Source: Octopus vulgaris (taxonomy: Eukaryota). From it: DNA of 64,000 nucleotides. Positions 1 to 14,046 of the stretch are shown here, piece by piece. The notes below the pieces were generated by a model that saw only the letters and a list, made by a program, of their open reading frames with translations, ran no database searches and had not been told where the DNA came from. Location: the NCBI GenBank assembly GCA_951406725.2, contig OX597824.1, positions 41,540,001-41,604,000 of the forward strand, given 5' to 3'. How positions within the stretch are numbered: position 1 is the first letter of the stretch; each line of letters begins with the position of its first letter. Position numbers and translations under genes: made by a program.

Positions 1-155
1 AAAGTAATACAGATGAAATCTCTAGGAGCAATCATAGTTTTTTAGTGTCGTCAGCAGTGAAGATGACGTCATGCCACCCCTCTTCAAGAAATCTGAGGCC
101 TCAAACTGAACACCGACGGCTACATCCGTGTTCTAATCGATGTGGTAAAACCCTG
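1..155 (+). mobile_element. Tc1/mariner-superfamily transposase fragment (catalytic region, decayed)
   Basis: Frameshifted translation MKSLGAIIVF / VVSSEDDVMPP / GLKLNTDGYIRVLIDVVKP resembles the 'SVMVLGVVSSEGDVMPP..GLRVN..YIEVL..VVKPW' block of maT/Tc1-like transposases; runs off the window edge. Confidence 0.65.
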
Positions 156-624
156 TTCTTATTTCTGTTGTTGCTACTGTTTCTGTCAATGTTAGTGTTT
201 TAACTGTAGACGTGGATTCATAGTTTTCTTGGCGCACTGTGTGCGGGAAGTATCAGCATTCAACAAGATTGGTAGAACTTTAAACCTGGTCTTCTACATC
301 CAGCCATAATCAGCATTATTTGGGTGGAAGTTTTACAGGTCTTTTTGATCTGGTTTTGTTTCTCTGCTGGCCGGATCTGGACTACGATTTCTAGGTCGAT
401 TCTTCATCGGTTTTCTTGACGGAATCTCTTCACGATAAGTTCAAAGCGTGATCTTCCATTACAACCCCTACCGCCAAACAACAGATTTCTGTTTCAGTTG
501 GCAGATTGCACATCATTACTTTCATCACTAATCGGCACATATAGACGAGTATAAGGGTGAAATCCAAACTCCTACGTGAGACAGCTCCGTAGCCTAGGTT
601 TATGAGATCCATCTCACATCTTCT

Positions 625-1312
625 GACCTATGTCGTTTGCAGAATCAACAACACTACTGACAACCACAAATGCAGAATGTATGGTGAGTGGGATGAAACG
701 ATATGGCACATCGTTAGCGAATGTCCGAAATTGGCACAACGCGAATACAGAAGACAATATGACAATGTGGCAAGAATGATCCATTGGGAGCTCTGTGGAA
801 ATCACGGCCTACAAAGAGCAAAGACATTTTATGAGCAAATCCCAGAAGGAGTCTCTGAGAACGAGAATTGAAAAATCCCGTGGGATGCAATGATTCAATG
901 CGATCAGCTGACCAAACATCGGAAACCGGACATTGTTATGGCGAAAAAAGAAAAACAAAAGAAAGAACATGCATGGTAGTCAACATAGTATGTCCCGGTG
1001 ACAACAGGATCAAAAAGTAAGAAGAATGCTGAACAACTACGACGATTTGAAGTGGGAAATACGAAGGTTGTGTTTAATGAGGAGAGTAGACGTGATACCA
1101 ATAGTAATTGGCGCACTTGGAAGTATCAGCATTCAACAAGATTGGTAGAACTTTAAAGGTAGAACACCAACAGAAATCAGCATTGCTTGGAACTGGAAGA
1201 ATTCTTTGTAGGGTTCTTGAAGCATGACTAATAAACAAGTGTCATCTTAGTCTGCTGGCTTCTGGCACTTTCCATCATACCTAGCAAAATAGGCAGTGAG
1301 TTTTCATCAAGC
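625..1312 (+). mobile_element. R4/Dong-clade RLE non-LTR retrotransposon, 5'-truncated, ending in (TAA)n
   Basis: CCHC-like CRMYGEWDETIWHIVSECPKLAQREY, endonuclease motif HRKPDIV, VIPIVIGALGS and QKSALLGTGRIL; short 3' UTR runs into AATAATAAT at ~1313. Confidence 0.9.
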
Positions 1313-1339
1313 AATAATAATAATAATAATAATAATAAT

Positions 1340-1447
1340 CCTTTAGGCACAAGGCCAGCAATTTTGGGGGTGGATGTAAGTCGATTACGTCGATTACTCT
1401 AGTATTCAACTGGAACTTATTTTATCGACCCCGAAAGGATGAAAGGT
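1340..1447 (-). mobile_element. Meta-type SINE fragment
   Basis: Reverse complement of CCTTTCATCCTTTCGGGGTCGATAAA core plus GGCCTTGTGCCTA tail shared with many copies in the window. Confidence 0.8.
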
Positions 1448-2049
1448 GGTGGTAGAAGTGATGGTGGTAGTAGTAGTAGTATTAGTAGTAGTAGTAGTAG
1501 TAGTAGTAGTCGTAGTCGTAGTAGTAGTAGTGGGAGAGTCGGCATGACCGATTAGAGTCCCGAGTAAGGTACCTTGCGCCTTTGTTAAAGATTATTTTTA
1601 TTGCTATTGATATAACTATAACTGCCGTCATGTCACTCAAATCTGGGTTTTGATGATTTTCTTGCGACACATCTATCATAAACGTACCTTACCAATTCCC
1701 CCTCACCCACACACACATAGGGCTTTTCCAAATCACAGCTGAAGCTCGTACGATAAAAGTAGATACCTTTGTTTTTGATTTTGCAGTTCCAGTATAAAGA
1801 AAAGCTCTGCTTGTGAGAGTTGTCAACGGTCTTACTTATCAGAAATAATCATTGACGTTATAATTGTTGTTGTTGTTGTTGTTGTTATTGTTGCTGTTCA
1901 ATAAGCGCGTGATATAAGCTATGAAAACCGCCATTACTGACGTTTAAACAAAGAAATTCTTTTTTAGCCTAGCTCTGTTTACCAAGCGAGGTGGGGGCAT
2001 TTGTGCGAACTCTTTGATGTTTAAGTTTTTTTTTACTTTGTTAGTCTGA

Positions 2050-2208
2050 CTATGGAGATCGATATCCTTTGTATAATTGTTTGTTCGATATATCCCTGTC
2101 AAGTTCTTTGAAGTCTCCAGTAGAACCAGTTACTGACTGGGTACCTTCTATCGACTGCAGTAATTTAAGACAAACACTGGATCTCTGTTCCCTTTGGATA
2201 TGTAATTT
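2050..2208 (-). CDS. Weak candidate terminal coding exon (KLHIQREQRSS...GYRSP*)
   Basis: Non-repetitive island; minus-strand acceptor tttctgttttcggcag| at 2209, then 52 open codons in phase 0; no recognisable domain. Confidence 0.15.
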   Translation of the reverse strand, partial: KLHIQREQRSSVCLKLLQSIEGTQSVTGSTGDFKELDRDISNKQLYKGYRSP

Positions 2209-2223
2209 CTGCCGAAAACAGAA

Positions 2224-2309
<86 letters not shown>

Positions 2310-2345
2310 TACTACTACTATTACTATTATTATTATTATTATTAT

Positions 2346-2807
2346 TGAGTGAGAGAGCAGTGCATGCCATCAAAGTGACACTGGGGTAAAATATATGAAG
2401 CCCAATATACCCATCATGACTACCCGTCTGATAAAGGTACACCAGGCACATGCATCACAACCATATGTGCGCGACATGGTGATCTCATATCAAGATAAAC
2501 AGCACATGACCTTGCAGGTGAGACCCAGTTAGAATTTTCTTCAGGTTGAGTAGCCCATCCCGCTCAAAAGATCCCTGAATAAGGGTTGTTTAAGGATGTT
2601 GAAAGAACCACCCATGTTTCCAGAGGTGAATTATTCAAACCCCAAAGAATCCCTCTCAACACATGGCTATGATGCTCCCCCACTACTTCTGCTCGTGATC
2701 AGAGATGCACATATCGTCAGCCACTAAGGGACATGCTCAACTGGTTATGGTCGAACAACTGACAAGCAAATCTGTGGTATTGAGCAGAATATTTGCTGTA
2801 GCCCATC
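2346..2807 (-). mobile_element. ~460-bp interspersed element embedded in (TTA)n; probably the 3' end of a TAA-targeting retroelement
   Basis: Complex sequence bounded sharply on both sides by pure (TTA)n (2225-2345, 2808-2909); family and strand inferred. Confidence 0.5.
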
Positions 2808-3490
<683 letters not shown>

Positions 3491-3513
3491 CCTTGTAGCC
3501 ATATCATTTTTAT

Positions 3514-3575
<62 letters not shown>

Positions 3576-3618
3576 TTATTATTATTATCATTATTATTAT
3601 TATTATTGTTATTATTAT

Positions 3619-4012
3619 TGCCTTTGCACAACTTCTAACGCTGGAGATGTACTACAGTATCAGCTGTTCACTACCAGTGAACTAAGGTAACACCTCTTAT
3701 TTTTCGAGCACCTTCCGTAGTATTCAAGCAGTGCTGTTTTCTGCAAGTGCTCCACTCTTATTGCAGCCCATATTTGTTCTACGTACTTCTCGAGATTTTT
3801 TGCTCACTGTCCCCAGGGCTCCGACAATTATTGGTACTACTGCTACCTTTTTCATCGACCACAACTGCTTAACTTCACAAGCTAACCTGTAATATCTCTC
3901 AACTTTTCTTTCTTCCTTATCGCATAACTTGTCAGCTGGGCATGCTATATCTATGATCCAGAATAGTTTTTCTTTCTCAATTAAGACTATATCCGACTTG
4001 CTATTCTATTTT
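3619..4012 (-). mobile_element. R4/Dong-clade 3' fragment flanked by (TAA)n
   Basis: KSDIVLIEKEK..IIDIACPAD..VKQLWSMKKVAVVPIIVGALGTVSK..HLQKTALL on the minus strand; TAA/TAG triplet repeats on both sides. Confidence 0.9.
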
Positions 4013-4028
4013 TCTATATTATTATTAT

Positions 4029-4102
<74 letters not shown>

Positions 4103-4106
4103 TCAT

Positions 4107-4375
4107 TAGGGCGCATTCACCTAGCGATCGTGATTTCGATTCCTAGACCGGGTGGTGCGTAGTGTCCTTGAGCAAAACACTTCGTCTCACGTTGCTGTGT
4201 GATTACTTCGATACCTGACGTGTTGCGTACAGTGCACCTGTTCAGACAACGTTGATTTGATGGAGAGAGAGTGAATTAGTGTGCGGCACTATAAACAATT
4301 GGATCATTATAAACAAATCATTTGTGGGGGTAGTCCGGCAAAAGCTGAAAGCTCATAAGTCATCTTCGAAGAATA
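4107..4375 (+). mobile_element. tRNA-derived SINE (B-box plus GTGTCCTTGAGCAA domain)
   Basis: B-box-like ATTTCGATTCC followed by GTGTCCTTGAGCAAAACACTT; related heads at 25195-25533 and 40846-41160. Confidence 0.65.
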
Positions 4376-4605
4376 CCCTACCACCACCACCACCACCACC
4401 ACCACCACCACCACCACCACCACCACCACCACCACCACCATCATCATAATCATCATCATCATCAATACCATGACCACGACCACGACCACAACCACAACGA
4501 CAACGATGACGAAGACACCCCATCATCATTATCATCATTCTTCTTCTTCTTCTTCTTCTTCTTCTTCTTCTTCTTCTTCTTCTTCTTCGCCTTTTTCTTC
4601 TTCTA

Positions 4606-4815
4606 GCGGCGGACTGGCAAAATCGTTAGCACGCCAGGCGAAATGCGCAGCAGTATTTCGTCTGCCGCTACGTTCTGAGTTCAAATTCCGCCGAGGTCAA
4701 CTGTACCTTTCTTCCTCCCGGGGTCAATAAATTAAGTAGCAGTTGCGTACTGGAGTCGATCTGATCGACTGGCCCCTTCCCCAAAATTTCGGGCCTTGTG
4801 CCTAGAGAAGAAAAG
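4606..4815 (+). mobile_element. Meta-type tRNA-derived SINE, full length, ending in (AAT)n
   Basis: GGCGG..CTGGCA head, B-box GAGTTCAAATTCC, Meta-like core, GGCCTTGTGCCTAGAGAAGAAA tail. Confidence 0.85.
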
Positions 4816-5015
<200 letters not shown>

Positions 5016-5489
5016 CAGAAAGATCGCCCTCTGGTCCCAATTCTAATAATTTTAATGATACGTCTAATTATTTCTTTGTATAATAGTGCTCACTTGCTTA
5101 GTACACATTGCTTTCACTATTACATCCCAGTCATAATCTTTTTTTTTTTAAACAAGCATCAAGGTAGTCCAAATATGGAGGGGGAAGAGCAGGTTGTGAA
5201 GTTTTACCTTCCTATCAAAGCAAGATAGAGATTTCCATTCAACAGCCCATGTGCACGCTTTGCAGTGTGTATGTGTGTGACATGGAGGGGGGGAGAGAAC
5301 ATTGCAAACAATGAATGGAATAAACATGAAATGCAAAAATTGTATAAATAAAAGGGCATAACTGAAGTTGTACACACCTCGAATCTGTGTCTCATAACAT
5401 CCAGAAATATGGATACTTTTTAACGATTTTTTTTTACAAATACCACCTAGATGTGGTATCACCTAGATGTTGTGGCTTGAGAGTATATA

Positions 5490-6620
5490 GGGATTTATAG
5501 TAAAGAATTTTTCCGAGGGGGTGGAAAGAAAAGTTTCGGAAAATTCAAATGATCTGACTTTTTCCCCCCATAACGGTTCAAGAAAATGGGTATCTGTTAA
5601 TGAAAGTTCATACAAATACCTTTCAAACGGCATAGATTACGATTATAAAGAAATTTGTGTACAAAATCTTTTTCCGAGTAGGTGGGGAGAGGAGTTTCAG
5701 ATCAGGAAGATCAAATAAATTAGAACTACTCTGTTTTGACGGGGATTTTCCTCACTTTTTAAAAACCAGTATTCGAAATGATGAAGTGGGAGTGGGGGTC
5801 ATCTTTGTATGAGAAAATGCTTTGAAAATTTTTTACAACTCTCCCTTCCTCGTCATACCTTTCCGGACCTATTTTGGCCAATAATGTTGACCTTCAAAAC
5901 CATGGGAGGAGCCTTTTCGGTAAAAAAAATGTTAATATTTTCAGAGGGAAAGTGAGTGATTTAAGGGAGATTTGGCTGATGTTTCTAGCACATCCAAAGA
6001 CAACCCTCATCGTTTTTTTCTCATTCTCGCATGTATTGATGTTTTTCAACATTTTCTCCCCTTAAATACAGTTGTATGCTAAAGAGAAAAAAATTTGAAA
6101 AATTATGAATTTTTTGCAACCCCACGCCCTACCCCCGATTGTTTCTGTTTATAAATTAAAATACTGGAGAACCTGAGAAGGTCATTGCTGGCATTTATCT
6201 ACAGTGGTGTAAAGAAAGAGTTATAATTCATTTTAATAGTATACTTTTTTGTTAGAAAATGTCTTTTACGCACGCGCACACACGTCTTCGTTTGATCGAG
6301 GTGGGAATAAAAATTTAGATTGCAAGTTTTTTTCTTGCTTACATTCCACCAATGGACCACGCGTCTTACTTCGGTATCATCAGTCTATAGAATGTGTTTA
6401 ATGCGAGAAAAATATGGAAAAATCATATTGTAAACAGAGGGTGGTTTGGGTTGTGCTGGAAACAATAGCTAAACCTGCCTTGAACTGTTAACCTTTTCCT
6501 CTGAAAATATATACCAATTTTTTTTAACGAAAAGGCTCCTCGCATGGCTTTTTAATTAGAAAAAAAGGCCAAAATCGGTCCGGATAGTTATTATAGTAGG
6601 GCTTGTAGCGTTCGAAACAG
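5490..6620. mobile_element. Unclassified AT-rich DNA-transposon or Helitron-like remnant
   Basis: Non-coding; AAAATCGGTCCGGATAGTT motif recalls rolling-circle non-autonomous elements; termini not identified. Confidence 0.3.
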
Positions 6621-7412
6621 CCATGACAATAAAATAACTTACTAATTTTTTTTTTACAAAAATTATACCAGTATATTAAAAAAATTTCATTCAATAAATA
6701 ATCTTTTTACATTATGTATATAAAATAAACTGGGTTTTCCAAGTAGGGAATTAAAACTTGAAATGAAAACATTGAAATAGAGAGAGAAAGACTTTGCAAA
6801 TTAAAACGGAATACTCCGCAGTGAATGCAACGGAAAAACGGAGTGCCTTTGTTAATAAATTTGCTGATCTGAGGTTAACCAGCAACAATAACACATACTC
6901 AATATTTCTTGTTTTATGTGTATGAGCCTTTCATCTTTACTCATCTCTCGCCCTCTTCTACCTCATGTATGCACAGGCATGTATACACGATTACAAATGT
7001 ACATGCAAGCTTACATACATGTATTAGCACATCTATCACACCCTACATGCGCATAAATATACATAATTATAATAAATAGATATTACTACTTTCCCATGAC
7101 CTCATACTAAGCTTCTTCTTAAACAGAACATTTCGGTGGATGTAACTCGAATGAAGGTTTTCTCTCAAATGGTGGTTTTATTCAAATATTCTTTATAACA
7201 ACGTATAATCAATTTTCGTTTGCGTCTGCGTTTATTAAATAAAAATCTTATCGGTATATTTTTACATACCTCAGCATACACTCATACATGAAGATGAACA
7301 ATAAAGTATAATGCGATTCGAAATATTTGCTATGTCTTCATCAGACGAATATTTCAGATATATCTTTTATTTAATTCTTTGAGATGTCCAGTTTACTGTA
7401 TGTATATTATTA

Positions 7413-7458
<46 letters not shown>

Positions 7459-7478
7459 CAGTAGTAGTAGTAGTAGAA

Positions 7479-7514
<36 letters not shown>

Positions 7515-7519
7515 ATATT

Positions 7520-8097
7520 TCGACTCCAAAAGGATGAAAGGCAGAAGTTGGCTTTGCCTTTCATCTTTTCGGCGTCGAAGAAATAAGTACTAGTTGAACA
7601 GTGGGTCCATGTCGTCGACTAGTTGTCAACCCTAACTCCTACTCCCAAATTTCAGTCCTTGTACCTATAGAAAAAAAGAATAAGTATGTATGAAATATAA
7701 GGTGGCGAGCTGGCAGAATCATTAGCACACCGGACAAAAAGCTTAGTGACATTTCGTCCGTCATTACGTTCTGAATTCAAATTCCGCTGAGGTCGACGTT
7801 GCCTTTCATCCTTTCGGGGTCGATAAATTAAGTACCAGTTACGCACTGAGGTCTATGCAATCGACTTAATCCTTTTGTCTGTCCTTGTTTGTCCCGTCTA
7901 TATTTAGCCCCTTGTGGGCAATAAAGAAATAAGAATCGTTAGCACACCGGGTAAAACGATTAGTGGCATTTCGCGCGTCTTTACGTTCTGAGTTCAAATT
8001 CTGCCGAGATCGATTTTGACTTTCATCCTTTTGGAGTCAATAAATTAAGCACCAGTTCCCGAAAAATGTCAGGCCTTGTGCCTATAGCAGAAAGAAT
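7520..8097 (+). mobile_element. Cluster of 3 Meta-type SINE copies
   Basis: Repeated GCCTTTCATCCTTTCGGGGTCGATAAATTAAGTACCAG core with heads at ~7700 and ~7933. Confidence 0.9.
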
Positions 8098-8428
8098 TAT
8101 GATCATCATTATACGTACATATTTTTGTATATAATTGTACACGTGCAGCCATATATATACTTCCACATGCAAATATCTACATACTTAGAACGAGCACATG
8201 CGCACACGCATATAAAAATATATTTATGTATGTGTGAGCGCTTGTGTGTATTAATAGGATTTGAGCATCTGTGTGTGTGTGTGTATGTGTGTGTGTGTGT
8301 GTATTTATGCATGTGTCAGTGCGTCTGTGTGTGCGTTCGCAATTAGGTGAACAGGTGTTGTCCTCCTTTACAAACATTTTCAAACAGACGACTCACGCTG
8401 TTGCTATTAGAAACCTGATAATACCAAG

Positions 8429-8468
<40 letters not shown>

Positions 8469-9521
8469 ACACACACACACACAAACGGACAGGCACACAC
8501 ACATACAAAAGGACAGGCACACACACGCACGCACACACATGTGCACACATATATATATATATACATATTTATATATAACCCCTTATCTACCTTTTTTCTG
8601 CGTCCTTCCCCGCTCTGTGTCTCCCCTATTCTCTCTTCTGTCTGCATTCATCTGGGGTTTCTGTGTATGTGTGTGTCTCTGCTTCACACAATCTGTCGTT
8701 GCTCTCTTCTGCTTCTGTTTTCCCATGAGTATAAGGACGAGAGAAAGAAAGGTGCACACGAAAAAACAAAAACAAAAAGAAAAAAAACAAAAAAGTCTCC
8801 AAAAAACAAAAAAAATCTTTGGAAACTTACACACACGCACACGCACACACACAAAGACTCACAAGCATGTCTGTAAATACATACGCACTGCACGCATATA
8901 TGAAGGACTACATACATGTATACATGCATACATGCATACATACATTCCTATATGGATGTAGATATATGTATACACATACATCTACATATATATATATATG
9001 TGCATACAGACAGACAAACACTCATACACACACATGCGAGCGCACACATACACAGATATTTATGTGTGTTTATATACGTTTAGAAATACACGTACACTTG
9101 TATACGCGTACATGTATGTACTTTAAGCGGATACACACATACATTTACACACACACACATAATACACCTATATATACATACACAAATACATGCATACACA
9201 CATACATACACATTCACATGTGTATGTGTGTAAGTTTGCATGTATGTATGTATGTATGTATGTATGTATGTATGTATGTATGTATGTATGTATGTATGTA
9301 TGTATACAAAGAGGAAAATAATAGAAAGCGGTGGGAATATTGTCGAAACCGAGCTAAAAGGAAGAAGATATAATATACAAATGTAAAGAAAGCCTGAAAG
9401 CAGGAATAAATAAATGACTGATTGAATATGAGAATGATTGAATAAAAAGAAAAAGGCAAAAAAGAACGAGAATGAAAATGTGGATGGATGAAAGGAAACA
9501 CTATTATTAGTCATGAAAATA

Positions 9522-10085
9522 AGGAGGCGAGCTGGCAGAAACGTTAGCACGCCGGGCGAAATGCGTAGCCGTATTTCGTCTGCCGCTACGTTCTCAGTTC
9601 AAATTCCGCCGAGGTTGACGTTGCCTTTCATCCTTTCGGGGTCGATAAATTAAGTACCAGTTACGCACTGGGGTCGATATAATCGACTTAATCCGTTTGA
9701 CTGTCCTTGTTTGTCCTCTCTGCGTTTAGCCCCTTTGTGGGTAGTAAAGAAATAGGAATTTCGCCTGCCGCTACATTCTGAGTTGAGATTCTGCCGAGGT
9801 CGGTTTTGCTTTCATCCTTTCGGGATCGATAAATTAAGTACCAGTCAAGCACTGGGGTCAATGTGATCGATTGTGCCCAGTCCCACATAAAACCAGGCCT
9901 TGTGCCTATAGTAGAAAGAATTATTAGTCAGGAAGATAACGTGGTGAGCTGGCAGAATCGTTAGTACGCCGGGCAAAATGCATTGCGGCATTTCGTAAGT
10001 CTCTACGATGTGAGCTCAAATGCCACCGAGGTCGACTTTGCCTTTCATCCTTTCGGGGTCAATTAAATAAGTACAAGAAAGAATT
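9522..10085 (+). mobile_element. Tandem Meta-type SINE cluster (plus strand)
   Basis: Three core copies; heads GGCGAGCTGGCAGAA at ~9525 and ~9942. Confidence 0.9.
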
Positions 10086-10127
10086 ATTAGTCAGAAAAAT
10101 AGAATAAAATTTCTGAGAATTGAAATA

Positions 10128-10972
10128 TTCTTTTCTACTCTTGTCACAAGGCCTGAATTTTTGGGGATTAGATCGACGCCAGTACGCAACTGGTACTCAA
10201 TTTATCGACCCGGAAAGGATGGAAGGCAAAGTTGACCTCTGAGGAATTTGAACTCAGAACGTAAAGGCTGACGAAATACAGCTTAGCATTCCGCTCGGGG
10301 TGTTAACGTTTCTTATTTCTTTATTATCCACAAGGGGCTAAACATAGAGGGGACAAAAAAAGACAGACAAAGAGATTAAGTCGATTACATCGACCCCCAG
10401 TGCGTAACTGGTAGTTAATTTATCGACCCCGAAAGGATGAAAGGCAAAGGTGACCTCCTGAGGAACTCGGAACGTAAAAACAGACGAAATACAGCTAAGC
10501 CTTTCGCTCGGGGTGTTAACGTTTCTGCAAGGTCGCCGCCTTCTGAGAATTCTTTTCTACTCTAGGCACAAGGCTCGAAATTTTGGGGGTGGGGGTCAGT
10601 CGATTAGATCGATCCTTGTACGCAACTAGTACTTAATTTATCGAACCCGAAAGGATGAAAGGCAAAGTCAACCTCGGCGGAATTTGAACTCAGACGAAAT
10701 ACCTATTTCTTTACTACTCACAAGGGGCTAAACACGGAGAGGACAAACAAGGACAGACAAACGGATTAAGTCGATTATATCGACCCCAGTGCGTAACTGG
10801 TACTTATTTAATCGACTGGTACTTATTTAATCGACCCCGAAAGGATGAAAGGCAAAGTCAACCTCGGCGGAATTTGAACTGAGAACGTAGCGTACTATTT
10901 GATCACTGAGTCGATGTAATCGACTTAGCATCTCTCCCGAAATTGCTGGGTTTGTGCCAAAATTTGAATCCA
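10128..10972 (-). mobile_element. Tandem Meta-type SINE cluster (minus strand)
   Basis: Four or more copies of TCGACCCCGAAAGGATGAAAGGCAAAGT, the reverse complement of the core. Confidence 0.9.
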
Positions 10973-12492
10973 ATATTGAAAATAAGAGTGTTTGATGAAA
11001 TTGTAGTATTTAGTTGTGATTCTTTGTGCTCATTGTTCGAATGCCGCAGAAGTCAGGTTTGTTATTTTTTATCCTTCTGGAGTCGGTAAAATTATTTCTC
11101 AATCACAAGTCGACTAAATTCGGGTATATTATCTTCCTGATGTGTTTTTGCCGTTTCGAGACAGTGATCTTTATGGAATTATCACCAAACATAAAACAGC
11201 AATAACAGAGTACAAACGGACATAACTAGTAGGATAGTCAGAGTAAAGAAGATACCTTTGTTCTCAAGCAGCAAGGCCCAGGAAAAAGTAGAGGATCAAG
11301 AAGTTGAGGAGTCTTTTCCTTAGCACAGAGCCGACAAGGAAGCATGACTATCAGTGCCATATCATCAGCTTGAAATGATTGAGGAGAAAATGAATGCTGT
11401 AGAAGAAAGGGAATCCACAAAAAATAAATGAATAAATAAAAGAACGAATTAGGCAAGAAAATGGGAGGAAGGTCCTTCATGAGTAATTATCAACACTTAC
11501 AAGGCATTAAGAATTTAGTGATCCGAAAGAAAACCCTCTGCTCTATTTGCTGGTTTTTTACGAGACGATCCATGTGAATGTACAGCAAGTTTGGGACCAA
11601 GTACAATAAAATCATTTATGAAAAATTATTAAGAAAAATAAATAGAAAGAAATCAAAAAAGATAATTTCACACTCTGTTACAAATGAGTAAAAATGTAAT
11701 GATATTTCTTATAATGTTTAATAGAAATGGTAATAGTTTTACTATCAATTCTAATCAAAAGGAAGAACTAGATGCAGTTGGATTGTAAAAAAAAAAAAAA
11801 AAAGAAAAAAAAAACGTAAAGATGGCGTGCTGCAAGGGTCAACATTTCCTGACTTTTGCAACAGATCAAGGAAGTGGTAACGAGGAGAGTAATAAACTAT
11901 TGTCTTGTTGCCAAAAAAAACAAAACAAAAAAAAACAAAAAAAAGAACAGGGCAACAACAAGAAGCCCTGGCCAAAGTATAGCACAGTGGGTACTCCATC
12001 AACTGGGGAAGAGCATATGGGAATATATGCCTGGTCTTTAAAACAGAAGACCAGAGAGATCTAAGAATAGATTCATACCCTGTAAATGAAATTGTGCTGA
12101 TGGAAACTATATAAAAAGCTCTCGAGTGAATTGTATCTCTAATTAAAAAAAAAAATAGGTGCAACCTTATCGCATATTGTCACACCGTATCTGTTTGAGT
12201 ATTACGATAAAGGTAGCCGAGTCTGTGGAATGCTCAGCCACTGACGCGGTAATTCATTTGATTGATCATCTGAATCCTCATCGTCGAACGACGGAGATCC
12301 ACCATCGACTTGATTATACATGTATATACCCTGCACTGGGCTTGTGTCCACAAAAGCCCAGTTCTCACATTTACGTACATATATATATGTATACATGCAC
12401 ATGCACACATATATATGTTTATGCATAAATAAATGTACATACATGTACATAGACACACACACACATACACACACACATATATATATATATAC

Positions 12493-12593
<101 letters not shown>

Positions 12594-12924
12594 TGTATAT
12601 AAGTACATGTATATATACGCACATACGTATACATACACCACACCCTCGCACATGCTCATACACACGTGCGCACATTTATATATATATTCTGTGATATGTT
12701 TAACTAAAAAAAAAGCAGAACGGCCACGATTGGAATGCGTTTGATCTATTTATTAGGGGCCGGTGAAGGGATATATAACCGCAGCAGTAACAACGATAAT
12801 AAAAGTAACAGCACATCGCGGCAAGCTTCCATTCTACGCAAAACGTATGCAATCGTTTTCATATTTTTCAGATTTTCAGTATCCAACGCACAGCTGCATC
12901 ATCACATCATGACAAAGAGAAAGG

Positions 12925-13477
12925 TAGAGGGAGATAGAGAGGGAGAGAGAGAGGGAGAGAGAGAGAGAAAGAGATAATACAGAGAGGGAGAGAGAGGAAG
13001 AAAGAGATAATACAGAGGGAGAGGGAGAGAGAGGAAGAAAGAGATAATACGGAGAGAGAGAAAGAAAGAGATAATACAGAGAGATAGGGAGAGAGAGGAA
13101 GAAAGAGATAATACAGAGAGAGAGGGAGAGAGAGGAAGAAAGAGATAATACAGAGAGAGAGGGAGAGAGAGGAAGAAAGAGATAATATAGAGAGAGAGGG
13201 AGAGAGAGGAAGAATGAGATAATATAGATAGAGAGGGAGGGAGAAGAAGAAAGAGATAATACAGAGAGAGAGGGAGAGAGAGGAAGAAAGAGGAAGAAAG
13301 ATATAATACAGAGAGAGAGAGAGGAAGAAAGAGATAATACAGAGAGAGAGGGAGAGAGAGAGAGGAAGAAAGAGATAATACAGAGAGAGAGGGAGAGAGA
13401 GGAAGAATGAGATAATACAGAGAGAGAGGGAGAGAGAAGAAGAAAGAGATAATACAGAGGGAGAGGGAGAGAGAGGA

Positions 13478-13480
<3 letters not shown>
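12925..13480. repeat. Purine-rich minisatellite, ~30-bp unit GAGAGAGGGAGAGAGAGGAAGAAAGAGATAATACA
   Basis: Roughly 15 units visible, each marked by GATAATAC. Confidence 0.95.
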
Positions 13481-13518
<38 letters not shown>

Positions 13519-13789
13519 TAAGCAAAAAAAACAACAACAAAAAACAGAAGCCGAATTTCCTCAAAGCAGTGCAAAGTCCTACAGTCTCAAGAACAGGTTC
13601 TTTCGCTTGTGTAGTTCAGTAACCACTTTCACGAGATGATGTTCTATACAAACGTCTCACTTGAACGACTTCATCCCGCTTCCCAAAAACACTCTCCCCA
13701 CAAATAAAACAAGCCAAGTTTATTTTTATTAAACAGAAGTTAATTTAGCAGAGTTGTTTATTATCTACTTTCTGTTTTCTTATTTTACA

Positions 13790-13955
13790 CTGGCATGGCT
13801 GGCTGTGTGGTAAGAAGTCTGTTTTCCCAGCCACATAGCTTCCGGTTCTGACCCATAGCGTAGCACCTCGAGCAAGTGTCTTCTACAAGTCGGAGTTGAC
13901 GAAGATTTGTAAGTGCATTTTTCTAGACGGTAACTGAAAGAAGCTCCTCCAGTAT
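13790..13955 (+). mobile_element. CORE-type tRNA-derived SINE, 5' part
   Basis: TGGCTGTGTGGTAAG head, GCAAGTGTCTT CORE motif, GTAACTGAAAGAAGC. Confidence 0.8.
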
Positions 13956-13980
13956 ATACATACATACATACATTTATCTG

Positions 13981-14046
<66 letters not shown>

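Noticed and set aside
7310-7362. Minus-strand CTGATGA..CGAA hammerhead (also a degenerate one at ~18200-18275)
   Set aside because: Stems and GAAA too degraded to support
12925-13480. Regularly spaced repeat as a CRISPR array
   Set aside because: No unique spacers, no cas genes, eukaryotic context; it is a minisatellite
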